DNA from: an uncultured Muribaculaceae bacterium
GTDB lineage: Bacteria; Bacteroidota; Bacteroidia; Bacteroidales; UBA932
Assembly (NCBI GenBank): GCA_964644125.1
Contig: CAZXVE010000001.1
Location: 1-39,401 of the forward strand
DNA: 39,401 nucleotides
Reading direction: 5' to 3'
Position 1 is the stretch's first letter; every line of letters starts with the position of its first letter. A program made the position numbers and the translations under genes. Positions 18,974 through 27,712 of this stretch are shown piece by piece. The notes beneath the pieces are model-generated. The model made no database searches and was not told the DNA's origin. It saw nothing but the letters and a program-made list of their open reading frames with translations.

Positions 18974-19573
18974 ATGGACATAATAAAGATAATCGAAATT
19001 TTCGCCTTGGTCACAGGCGTACCTTACATCGTGCTGGAAATCCTTCAGAAGAACAGCATGTGGTATTTCGGAATAGCCACAGGATTGGCATGTGCGTATT
19101 CCTTCGCCGTGCAGCATGTCTGGTCGAACATGGTTTTGAATGTCTATTATGTCGCAATGTCATTCTGGGGACTTTACCGTTGGAAAAAAGACAGTGGGGC
19201 TTTGGATGAGAGTTCTTCCGGACAGGAAGCCGAGGTGCATCTCAGCAGGCTGTCCGTTGCCACGGCGTCGTGGAGCGCCGTCATATTCATTGCAGGAACG
19301 GTGGCCCTTGTGTGTCTGCTCCGTGCTTTGGGCGGTTCGAGCACCTGGCTTGACGCCGCTTCGACCATGATGTCTGTTGTTGGTACATATTGGCTGGCAA
19401 CGTCCATTCCTTACCATTGGATCATCTGGCTCGTTGCAGACAGCATCCTGACGGTGATGTGTTTCCTTGGAGGGCAATATTGGCTGGCCCTGCTTTATCT
19501 TGCCTATGTGGTTTCGGCTGGGTACGGTCTTTCCCACTGGTTGCGCAAAGGTGCTTATGTAGAAGAATGTTAA
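18974..19573 (+). CDS. pnuC: PnuC family (SWEET-like) transporter
   Basis: About 7 TM helices; NVYYVAMSFWGLYRW, WLDAASTMMSVVG and WxxWxxxD (HWIIWLVAD) motifs; substrate not assignable. Confidence 0.88.
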   Translation: MDIIKIIEIFALVTGVPYIVLEILQKNSMWYFGIATGLACAYSFAVQHVWSNMVLNVYYVAMSFWGLYRWKKDSGALDESSSGQEAEVHLSRLSVATASWSAVIFIAGTVALVCLLRALGGSSTWLDAASTMMSVVGTYWLATSIPYHWIIWLVADSILTVMCFLGGQYWLALLYLAYVVSAGYGLSHWLRKGAYVEEC

Positions 19574-19578
19574 AGGAT

Positions 19579-20691
19579 ATGTCAAATTCTGGAAAAATCA
19601 TGCTGGCTGTGCTGGCCGCAGTCCTGATGGGGCTTGAAGCCACGGCGCAGGAACGGAAACTTGTTTATGCAGATGCTTCGTCATTGCCGCTTTATGGAAA
19701 GTGCATCGAGGAAACTTCTGCCCGCTATGAGCGCCTCCCCGGGGATCTTAAAGAGGCCGTCAGGCCTGCCATGTGGAATCTGGGCCGCAATTCGGCCGGT
19801 CTCTACATCCGTTTTCGATCCAATTCCACACAGATACGGGCCCGTTGGAAATCCACCAGCCCGCAGCAGTACATGCCTCATATGACCGATGCGGGAGACA
19901 GCGGACTTGATCTTTACATCCTGACTGAAAAGGACGGATGGCGATTCGCCGGAAGCGGTTTCGAATGGGGCGGACGCGGCAAGGAGATCAAGAACAAGGC
20001 ATTGGTGTCGAATATGCTTCCTCGGATGAGGGAATATATGCTGTATCTCTCCCTGTACAACGGAATCGACAACCTGGAAATCGGAATTGACGAAGGTTCG
20101 GTGATTGAGGCTCCGGCTGTCGAGTCTCCGAAGACGGATCGCCCTGTCGTGATGTACGGATCAAGTATTCTTCAGGGAGGTTGCGCCTCGCGTCCGGGTA
20201 TGGCTTTCACCGCCATCCTTGGGCGGAAGCTTGACAGGGAGGTCATCAATCTCGGATTCAGCGGCAATGCCAAGCTTGACTACGAGATTGCCGGGTACAT
20301 CACAAAGGCTTCCGATCCCGGACTGGTTGTACTGGACTACGTGCCCAATTCTTCGGCTGAACTGATCAACGAGAAGGGTGAAAAGTTCTTCAGAATCGTC
20401 AGGGATGCTTTCCCGGATGTTCCGGTCATCTTTGTTGAAAATCCTACGTATCCCCACTCAAGGTTCGACATGAAGATGAAGGAGGAGATAACTTCAAAGA
20501 ACGAAGCCCAGCTGGCTCTTTACAGAAAACTTAAGAAAGCGGGCGAAAAGAAGATTTACTATGTCTCCACCGAAGGCCTGATCGGGGATGACGGTGAGGC
20601 TACTGTGGACGGCGTACATTTTACCGACCTCGGAATGACAAGGTATGTGGACAAGATGCTGCCTGTCATGAAAAAAGCGTTAAGGAAATAG
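19579..20691 (+). CDS. Exported SGNH/GDSL hydrolase with N-terminal GxDLY domain (probable O-acetylesterase)
   Basis: Signal peptide ending ATA-Q; SGLDLY; YGSSILQG, NLGFSGN, DGVHF catalytic blocks. Start is 19579 or 19567, not 19390. Confidence 0.88.
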   Translation: MSNSGKIMLAVLAAVLMGLEATAQERKLVYADASSLPLYGKCIEETSARYERLPGDLKEAVRPAMWNLGRNSAGLYIRFRSNSTQIRARWKSTSPQQYMPHMTDAGDSGLDLYILTEKDGWRFAGSGFEWGGRGKEIKNKALVSNMLPRMREYMLYLSLYNGIDNLEIGIDEGSVIEAPAVESPKTDRPVVMYGSSILQGGCASRPGMAFTAILGRKLDREVINLGFSGNAKLDYEIAGYITKASDPGLVVLDYVPNSSAELINEKGEKFFRIVRDAFPDVPVIFVENPTYPHSRFDMKMKEEITSKNEAQLALYRKLKKAGEKKIYYVSTEGLIGDDGEATVDGVHFTDLGMTRYVDKMLPVMKKALRK

Positions 20692-20693
20692 GT

Positions 20694-21566
20694 ATGATTA
20701 TCATAGTCGAAAGCGGGGCTTCAAAGACCGACTGGTGTGCCGCCTCCGGTGATGCCGCTCCGATAAATGTCCGGACGGCCGGGATGAATCTGGCTACCAT
20801 GCCTCAGGATGCAGTTGCGGAAATTGTCGGTGAGGCTATCAGGCAGTTCAAGGAAAAAGGCCTTGACGGGGATGTCAGCGAAATCCATTTCTATGCTGCC
20901 GGACTGATTGTCCGGGAAGGTGAAGAGGTTCCTTCTCAGGCGGAATCATTGGACAAGTCGTTGAAGGCTTGTTTTCCTGAAGCCGTGATCGAATATGCTT
21001 CGGATCTGCTTGATGCGGCGCGAGCCGTCTGCGGACACAGGCCCGGCATCGCTGCGATTCTTGGAACCGGCTCGAACAGTTGCCTGTTTGACGGCGAGAA
21101 GATTGTCAGAAATGTCCGTTCGGCTGGATTCATACTCGGAGATGAAGGCGGGGGCGCAAGGCTCGGCAGACTGTTCATGTCTGATTTTCTCAAGGGGCTT
21201 GTTCCGGGACCGGTTTCGGATGAATTCGCCGAGGCGTTCAAAGTTGACTACATGACCGTGGTGCAGAACGTTTACCGTGGCGATGCCCCTTCGAAGTACC
21301 TAGGATCGTTCGCCCCATGGATTCTTGAAAGATACGGAACCTGCGAATATGTCCGTAATCTGGTGGATCAGAATTTCAAGGACTTCATCGAGCGGGCTCT
21401 GAAGCAGTATGACATCGACAGGTATCCGGTTGGCGTGGTCGGAGGATTCGGCTATGCTCACAGGGCCATTTTGAAAAAGGTGGCAGAACCATACGGAATA
21501 AGGTTCTCGACAATCATTCCGACTCCGATTGAAGGGCTTGTGGAATACCATCTTGGCAAGAAATAG
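20694..21566 (+). CDS. BadF/BadG/BcrA/BcrD-type amino-sugar kinase (MurK/NagK-like)
   Basis: IIIVESGASKTDW, SDLLDAARA, ILGTGSNSC, GFILGDEGGGA; lies directly upstream of murQ. Confidence 0.85.
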   Translation: MIIIVESGASKTDWCAASGDAAPINVRTAGMNLATMPQDAVAEIVGEAIRQFKEKGLDGDVSEIHFYAAGLIVREGEEVPSQAESLDKSLKACFPEAVIEYASDLLDAARAVCGHRPGIAAILGTGSNSCLFDGEKIVRNVRSAGFILGDEGGGARLGRLFMSDFLKGLVPGPVSDEFAEAFKVDYMTVVQNVYRGDAPSKYLGSFAPWILERYGTCEYVRNLVDQNFKDFIERALKQYDIDRYPVGVVGGFGYAHRAILKKVAEPYGIRFSTIIPTPIEGLVEYHLGKK

Positions 21567-21582
21567 CAAGAAATAGTTTGTT

Positions 21583-22407
21583 ATGGAAGACAACAGAACG
21601 ACGGAGCAATCATCAAGGTATGACCATCTTGAGAATATGTCAACCGATGAATTGCTGAATGCTATAAACACCGAGGACCGGACTGTCCCTGTGGCCGTGG
21701 CCGGAGCCATTCCGCAGATCCGGAAGCTGGTTGACGGAATAGTGGAGCGGGTTCCCCGGGGAGGAAGGGTTTTCTATCTCGGAGCCGGTACGAGCGGCCG
21801 CCTTGGCATAGTTGACGCATCTGAGATTCCTCCTACATACGGGGTCCACGATGTGTTCATCGGCTTCATGGCGGGAGGCGATTCTGCCATACGTGCCGCT
21901 GTGGAAGGCGCGGAGGATGACATTGACGGTGGATGGAAAGACCTGCAGGCATATTCGCCGGCAAAGGATGATGTCGTTGTCGGCATAGCTGCATCTGGCA
22001 CTACTCCATATGTGGCAGGTGCGTTGAAGACGGCACGGAAGAACGGTCTGCTGACCGGATGCATAACATGCAACGAGAATTCTCCGGTGGCGGATGCCGC
22101 CGAGATTCCGATTGTGGTCGTGGTCGGTCCGGAGTTCGTGACCGGAAGCACAAGAATGAAGGCTGGAACTGCTCAGAAACTTGTTCTTAACATGATTTCA
22201 ACAGTCTCGATGATCCGTCTTGGACATGTCAAGGGCAGCAAGATGGTTGACATGCAGCTTACAAACCGCAAACTTGTCGACCGTGGCACCAGAATGATCA
22301 TGGAAGAGACCGGTATCGAAGACTATGACCTGGCCCGCAAACTTCTGCTGGAATATGGTCAGGTCCGTGCTGCCGTGGATGAGTGGCGGAAAGGGGAGGG
22401 AAGATAA
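21583..22407 (+). CDS. murQ: N-acetylmuramic acid 6-phosphate etherase
   Basis: GAGTSGRLG..DASEIPPTYG, AVEGAED, GIAASGTTPYV, GPEFVTGSTRMKAGTAQKLVLNM. Confidence 0.97.
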   Translation: MEDNRTTEQSSRYDHLENMSTDELLNAINTEDRTVPVAVAGAIPQIRKLVDGIVERVPRGGRVFYLGAGTSGRLGIVDASEIPPTYGVHDVFIGFMAGGDSAIRAAVEGAEDDIDGGWKDLQAYSPAKDDVVVGIAASGTTPYVAGALKTARKNGLLTGCITCNENSPVADAAEIPIVVVVGPEFVTGSTRMKAGTAQKLVLNMISTVSMIRLGHVKGSKMVDMQLTNRKLVDRGTRMIMEETGIEDYDLARKLLLEYGQVRAAVDEWRKGEGR

Positions 22408-23048
22408 TGGCTGTTCCTGAAAAATACCCTTCCAAACTTCTTGAAGACGCAGTGCAGGCCATCGGTTCACTTCCGGGGGTCGGCAAGCGCAGCGCTTTGC
22501 GTCTTGCCCTGCATCTGCTCAGGCAACCGTCGGAAAATGTGCACCATTTCGCTGACTCCATCGTGAAGATGCGCGATGAGGCGAAGTACTGCCGTGAATG
22601 CTGGATGATCTCGGACAACGATGTGTGCTCGATATGTTCGGACAAATCACGGGACCGCAGGACCATCTGTGTGGTGGAGAATGTCCGGGATGTCATGAGC
22701 ATTGAGAACACAGGACAGTACCATGGAGTCTATCACGTCCTGGGCGGGATAATCTCACCGGTCGCTGGTGTCGGCCCTTCCGACATCACCGTCTCCCAAT
22801 TGGTCGAAAGGGTCAGGAATATGGTGGAATCCGGTGAAGCCGAACCTGAAGAAATGGAAATCATACTTGCCCTGAGCGGCGACGTGGAGGGAGAAACTAC
22901 TTCCTTTTACATTTACCGCCAGGTCTCGCGATACCCTGTCAAGGTTTCGTCGCTGGCCCGTGGCCTTGGCTTCGGAGACGACCTTGAATACGCCGATGAA
23001 CTCACTTTGGGACGGTCCATAGTCAACCGTCAGATATTTAAACCATAA
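22407..23048 (+). CDS. recR: Recombination mediator RecR
   Basis: LPGVGKRSALRLA, C4 zinc finger CRECW..CSIC, ICVVE, YHVLGGIISP, LEYADELTL. TAATG overlap with murQ puts the start at 22407. Confidence 0.96.
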   Translation: MAVPEKYPSKLLEDAVQAIGSLPGVGKRSALRLALHLLRQPSENVHHFADSIVKMRDEAKYCRECWMISDNDVCSICSDKSRDRRTICVVENVRDVMSIENTGQYHGVYHVLGGIISPVAGVGPSDITVSQLVERVRNMVESGEAEPEEMEIILALSGDVEGETTSFYIYRQVSRYPVKVSSLARGLGFGDDLEYADELTLGRSIVNRQIFKP

Positions 23049-23059
23049 CGCACTGATAT

Positions 23060-23623
23060 ATGCTGCTGTCAATATTCGAGTCCTTCCTTCTTGCCGCTTC
23101 CCTTTGTGCGGATTGTTTTGCCGTTTCCACATGCTCGAGCGTCACGCTTAAAGACATCTCGTGGGGAAGAATAGCTCCGATAGCCCTTGCGTTCGGGTTT
23201 GTCCAGACGGCTCTTATGGCCCTGGGGTGGCTGTTCGGTGACTTGTTCGTCGGACATGTTCAGAAAATCGCCAGTTTCATCGGATTCCTTCTCTTGCTTT
23301 ACGTGGGCGGCTCGATGATTATTGAAGCCGTGAAGAATGAAGGTGAAGCCCGGGACCTGAACGGTATGAAGAATGTTGTCATCGGTGCAGTCGCCACAAG
23401 CATTGATGCTTTTGCGGTGGGCGTGAGCCTTTCGATGGGCTTTGTCCCTGTCGGGAAGATGGCGATGAATCTCGTCGCCGTGTTCGTCGTGACGATGCTG
23501 TCCGTCATCGGAGGAATGTTCGGCGGTCAGAGAATCGGGCGGAAATTCGGCCGGCCTGCCGAGATTGCAGGCGGTTCTGTGCTCATACTTATCGGGCTGA
23601 ATATTCTCCTTGGCTTCATTTAG
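23060..23623 (+). CDS. mntP: Manganese efflux pump MntP family
   Basis: Repeated SL.ADCFAV and ATSIDAFAVG motifs; AEIAGGSVLILIG; about 6 TMs. Confidence 0.9.
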   Translation: MLLSIFESFLLAASLCADCFAVSTCSSVTLKDISWGRIAPIALAFGFVQTALMALGWLFGDLFVGHVQKIASFIGFLLLLYVGGSMIIEAVKNEGEARDLNGMKNVVIGAVATSIDAFAVGVSLSMGFVPVGKMAMNLVAVFVVTMLSVIGGMFGGQRIGRKFGRPAEIAGGSVLILIGLNILLGFI

Positions 23624-23696
23624 CGTTTGCGGATGATTTTTCATGCGTAATTTTTTACGTCTGAACTTTTTTGGCTTTTTTTTACAAAAATATTCC

Positions 23697-23704
23697 TACT
23701 TTTG
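23697..23704 (+). promoter_or_regulatory. -7 promoter element for corA
   Basis: TACTTTTG preceded by T-rich TTTG-like sequence; implies a leader of about 75 nt. Confidence 0.6.
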
Positions 23705-23782
23705 CAGACTGACTTCTCCGTAATGTCAGAGCATTGATGTGGAACCCTTCCGACGTATGGGCCGGGAAAAAACAGGAAGAGT

Positions 23783-24730
23783 ATGATTGCGATTTTCTAC
23801 AGACTGAACGGCAAGCTGTTGGTATCCCAGTCTGAAACGGAGCTTTCAAAGTTGAACAGGGATGATGTCCTTTGGATTGACATCCTTTCCCCTACGGGAG
23901 AGGAAAAGCATACTGTTGACGAGTTTCTGGGAGAAGAAATCCAGAGCCGTGCCCAGGCTGAAGAAATCGAGAGTTCTTCCCGTTTTTCCGAGACGGAGGA
24001 TGCGATTTTCGCCAACACGAACTTCCTGATGCCTGGCCCGGAAGATTATTCCATGGAGGCCGTCTCATTTACGTTCGTCGGCTATTGTCTTACGACACTC
24101 AGAGATGTTCCTCTGCGAAGTTTCACTGAACTCCAGCGCAGAATAGTTGCCATGCCGCAGTCATATCCGAATGGCTACACGGTCTTTGCGAGCATCATGG
24201 ACCAGCGAGTCGACCTTGATGCGGACATGATCGAGCTTATGAGCAAGGAAATCTCCCAGTACAGCAAGCGCATCAACCAGCAGGAGGACATCAACGAGGA
24301 TCTGCTCCTTGATATAAACCAGCTGCAGGAGAACACGATGCTCGTCCGCGAGAACATTGTCGACAAACAGCGTCTGATTTCCAACATGCTCCGGAGCGAC
24401 AAATACCCTGAAGAACTGCAAGGACGTTTCTCGGTTCTTCTTCAGGACATCACCTCTCTGATCAACCACACGAACTTCGGTTTCGAGAGGCTGGAGTACC
24501 TTCAGGATACGGTTGTCGGTCTTATCAATCTGGACCAGAACAAGATCATGAAGACATTCACCCTTGTGTCGGTACTGCTGATGCCTCCGACCCTTGTGGC
24601 CAGTTTCTACGGCATGAATGTCCCGATGCCGTTTATGGACAAGAACTGGACATGGATTCTTCTGATCGGAATCATGCTGTTGACCGTTGCACTTGTCCTG
24701 TTTCTGTTCGGAAGAAAAAAACTTCTGTAG
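23783..24730 (+). CDS. corA: Magnesium/cobalt transporter CorA
   Basis: EEIESSSRF; MPPTLVASFYGMNV (GMN motif); two C-terminal TMs. Confidence 0.95.
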   Translation: MIAIFYRLNGKLLVSQSETELSKLNRDDVLWIDILSPTGEEKHTVDEFLGEEIQSRAQAEEIESSSRFSETEDAIFANTNFLMPGPEDYSMEAVSFTFVGYCLTTLRDVPLRSFTELQRRIVAMPQSYPNGYTVFASIMDQRVDLDADMIELMSKEISQYSKRINQQEDINEDLLLDINQLQENTMLVRENIVDKQRLISNMLRSDKYPEELQGRFSVLLQDITSLINHTNFGFERLEYLQDTVVGLINLDQNKIMKTFTLVSVLLMPPTLVASFYGMNVPMPFMDKNWTWILLIGIMLLTVALVLFLFGRKKLL

Positions 24731-24779
24731 GCGTTCGGTCTCCGGAAAGTTTTTTGTGGTGTTCTCATTGTAAATCAGA

Positions 24780-24797
24780 TATTTTTGCCTAATTTTG
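24780..24797 (+). promoter_or_regulatory. Tandem -7 elements upstream of rpsA
   Basis: TATTTTTG (24780-24787) and TAATTTTG (24790-24797). Confidence 0.55.
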
Positions 24798-24884
24798 CAC
24801 GCCTTTTGACCGCACGTGCCGTAAATGCATGCGTGGTAGGGCGTAAAAATATTGTTAAACAACTAGTTATCTTTAATTACCGTT

Positions 24885-26729
24885 ATGGCAGAAGAAACAC
24901 AGAAAGTAGCTGGAGAAGTCGAGGTCGAGGCAGCTCCAAAGGCCGAGGCTCCAGCAAAGAAAACATCTCTCAATGCTTCAGTCGCTCCTGAGAATTTCGA
25001 TTGGGACGCATTCGAAGGCACCTCTGAGATTTATGGCGGCGCTGACAAGAAGTCAATCGAGGACGCCTATGACCAGACTCTCTCGAAAATCGTCGAGAAT
25101 GAGGTTGTGGAAGGCACCGTTACCGCCATCTCCAAGAGAGAGGTTATCGTCAACATAGGTTACAAGAGCGAGGGTGTCATCCAGGCTCCTGAGTTCCGTT
25201 ACAATCCTGACCTGAAGGTCGGTGACAAGGTAGAGGTTCTGGTCGAGTCCGCCGAGGACAAGAAGGGCCAGCTCGTCCTCTCCCACAAGAAGGCACGCGC
25301 CCTCAAGTCTTGGGACAGGGTCAACGAGGCTTACGCGGCCGACGAGATCGTCAAAGGTTTCGTCAAGACCCGTACGAAGGGCGGTATGATCGTCGATGTC
25401 TTCGGCATCGAGGCCTTCCTTCCTGGTTCACAGATCGACATCAAGCCTATCCGCGACTACGATGCTTATGTCAACCAGACTATGGACTTCAAGATCGTCA
25501 AGATCAATCAGGAGTTCCGCAACGTTGTCGTTTCGCACAAGGCTCTTCTCGAGGCCGAGCAGGAGCAGCGCAGGGCTGAACTCATCAGCAAGCTTGAGAA
25601 AGGCCAGATTCTTGAGGGAACCGTCAAGAACATCACCAACTACGGCGTATTCGTCGACCTCGGCGGTGTTGACGGTCTCATCCACATCACTGACCTCTCT
25701 TGGGGTAGGGTTGACAATCCTGAAGAGGTTGTTTCCCTCGACCAGAAAATCAAGGTCGTTGTCAAGGAGTTTGACCCTCAGCAGAAGAGAATCGCTCTCG
25801 GTTACAAGCAGCTTACTCCTCATCCTTGGGACAATCTCGATGCCAACATCAAGGAAGGCGACGTTGTCAAGGGTAAGGTTGTCCTCATCGCTGACTACGG
25901 CGCTTTCGTAGAGATCGAGCCGGGTGTAGAGGGTCTTATCCACGTTTCCGAGATGTCCTGGTCACCAAGACTCCACAGCGCCCAGGAATTCCTCAAGGTA
26001 GGTGACGAGGTAGAGGCCAAGGTTCTTTCCATCGACCGCGAGGCCAGGAAGATGTCCCTCGGTCTGAAGCAGCTCACCCCTAACCCTTGGGAGAGCATCC
26101 GCGACAAGTACCCTGTAGGTTCTGTCCACAAGGCTGTCGTACGCAACATCACCAACTTCGGTGTGTTCGCTGAGCCTGAGGACGGCGTAGAGGGACTCAT
26201 CCACATCAGCGACCTCTCCTGGAACAAGATCAAGCATCCTTCAGAGCTTGTTTCTCCTGGTGATGTCATCGACGTGCAGATTCTTGACTTCGACGAGGCC
26301 AACCACAAGCTCAGCCTTGGCCACAAGCAGCTTACCCCTAATCCTTGGGATGCTATCGAGCAGAAGTATCCTGTAGGTTCAGTTGTAGAGGGTACTGTCG
26401 CTTCCCTTACCGACAAGGGCGCCAACATCAAGCTTGAGGGTGACGACGAGGGCTTCGCTTTCAGCCGTGACCTCATCAAGGAGGATGGCAAGCAGGCTGT
26501 TGTAGGTGATGTTCTTCCGTTCAAGGTTATCGAGCTCAGAAGAAGCACCCGCAGAATCCTTCTTTCTCATGTAAGAACATACTCTGAGGCCAAAGCCGAG
26601 AAGGTGGCTGTTGAGGCTGACAACACAAAGAAGGTGGTTAAGAAGATCAACTCCAATCTGGAGAAGACCACTCTCGGTGACATCAGCGAACTTGCTGCCC
26701 TCAAGGACAAGTTCGAGAAAGGTGAATAA
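24885..26729 (+). CDS. rpsA: 30S ribosomal protein S1
   Basis: Six S1 repeats (GLIHITDLSW, GLIHVSEMSW, GLIHISDLSW); C-terminal EKTTLGDI; strong codon bias. Confidence 0.98.
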   Translation: MAEETQKVAGEVEVEAAPKAEAPAKKTSLNASVAPENFDWDAFEGTSEIYGGADKKSIEDAYDQTLSKIVENEVVEGTVTAISKREVIVNIGYKSEGVIQAPEFRYNPDLKVGDKVEVLVESAEDKKGQLVLSHKKARALKSWDRVNEAYAADEIVKGFVKTRTKGGMIVDVFGIEAFLPGSQIDIKPIRDYDAYVNQTMDFKIVKINQEFRNVVVSHKALLEAEQEQRRAELISKLEKGQILEGTVKNITNYGVFVDLGGVDGLIHITDLSWGRVDNPEEVVSLDQKIKVVVKEFDPQQKRIALGYKQLTPHPWDNLDANIKEGDVVKGKVVLIADYGAFVEIEPGVEGLIHVSEMSWSPRLHSAQEFLKVGDEVEAKVLSIDREARKMSLGLKQLTPNPWESIRDKYPVGSVHKAVVRNITNFGVFAEPEDGVEGLIHISDLSWNKIKHPSELVSPGDVIDVQILDFDEANHKLSLGHKQLTPNPWDAIEQKYPVGSVVEGTVASLTDKGANIKLEGDDEGFAFSRDLIKEDGKQAVVGDVLPFKVIELRRSTRRILLSHVRTYSEAKAEKVAVEADNTKKVVKKINSNLEKTTLGDISELAALKDKFEKGE

Positions 26730-26732
26730 TTT

Positions 26733-27674
26733 ATGGATTTCACTTTGACGGTGTTGGGCACGGCTTCGGCCAAGCCCATCCCCGGAAGGAATCAGAGCGC
26801 TCAGGTACTTTCCGTACATGGGCGCTCGTTTTTAATCGATTGCGGGGAGGGTGTCCAGACACGTCTTCAGGAATGTCACATCTCACCGATGAAGATTGAT
26901 TCCATCTTCATCTCGCACATTCACGGGGATCATGTATTCGGTCTTTTCGGATTGCTTTCCACGATGGGGATGCTCTGTCGTCCGACGCCTCTGAATATCT
27001 ATGCTCCGGTGAATTTCGGACCGATCCTCAAGTTCTTCCTTTCTTATTATGGAGAAGGGATTCCATTTGAAATACGTCATGTTCCGATAGCGGCGAAGTC
27101 ACCTCAGATGGTTTATCACACGAAGTCTCTGGAAATATATTCATTCCCTCTGAATCATAAGATTGAGACCTACGGGTGGCTGTTCAGGGAAAAGGATCCG
27201 CCGATGAACGTCAGGAAATGGAAAGTTGAAGAATATTCTCTCTCGCTCACCGAAATCGGGACAGTGAAGAGGGGCGAGGATGTTGTGCGGAATGCACCTG
27301 ACGGCTCCACGACGGTTCTTCCTTTTGATGAACTTGGCTACAAGCCATACAATCCCCGCTCTTTTGCTTACTGCAGCGACACGGCTCCTTTTCCGGAACT
27401 TGCTTCCTGGGTGAAAGGAGTGGATCTTCTCTATCATGAAGCGACCTATCCGTCTGAACTCGCTGACCAGGCTGCCTTGAGACATCATTCCACCACATTG
27501 CAGGCTGCCGGTTGTGCTTTGGAGGCAGGGGTTAAGCGTTTGGTGATAGGACATTATTCTTCCCGCAAGTTCGACAGAGGCATTTATGAATCGGAGTGCA
27601 GAAGCATATTCCCGGAAACATACGCTGCGGATGACGGTGATGTTTTTGATGTTCCGCTGGTGAAACTTGGGTGA
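26733..27674 (+). CDS. rnz: Ribonuclease Z
   Basis: LGTASAKP, LIDCGEG, HIHGDH metallo-beta-lactamase motif, YCSDT, YHEATY, HST, IGHYSSR. Confidence 0.95.
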   Translation: MDFTLTVLGTASAKPIPGRNQSAQVLSVHGRSFLIDCGEGVQTRLQECHISPMKIDSIFISHIHGDHVFGLFGLLSTMGMLCRPTPLNIYAPVNFGPILKFFLSYYGEGIPFEIRHVPIAAKSPQMVYHTKSLEIYSFPLNHKIETYGWLFREKDPPMNVRKWKVEEYSLSLTEIGTVKRGEDVVRNAPDGSTTVLPFDELGYKPYNPRSFAYCSDTAPFPELASWVKGVDLLYHEATYPSELADQAALRHHSTTLQAAGCALEAGVKRLVIGHYSSRKFDRGIYESECRSIFPETYAADDGDVFDVPLVKLG

Positions 27675-27712
27675 AAAACATTATATTTACATTCTGTTGA
27701 CAACAGGTCTGG

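Noticed and set aside
23049..23059. yybP-ykoY Mn2+ riboswitch before mntP
   Set aside because: Only 11 nt separate recR and mntP, leaving no room.
25600..26400. Repeated nucleotide segments within rpsA
   Set aside because: These are the expected S1 domain repeats, not a CRISPR array or mobile repeat.
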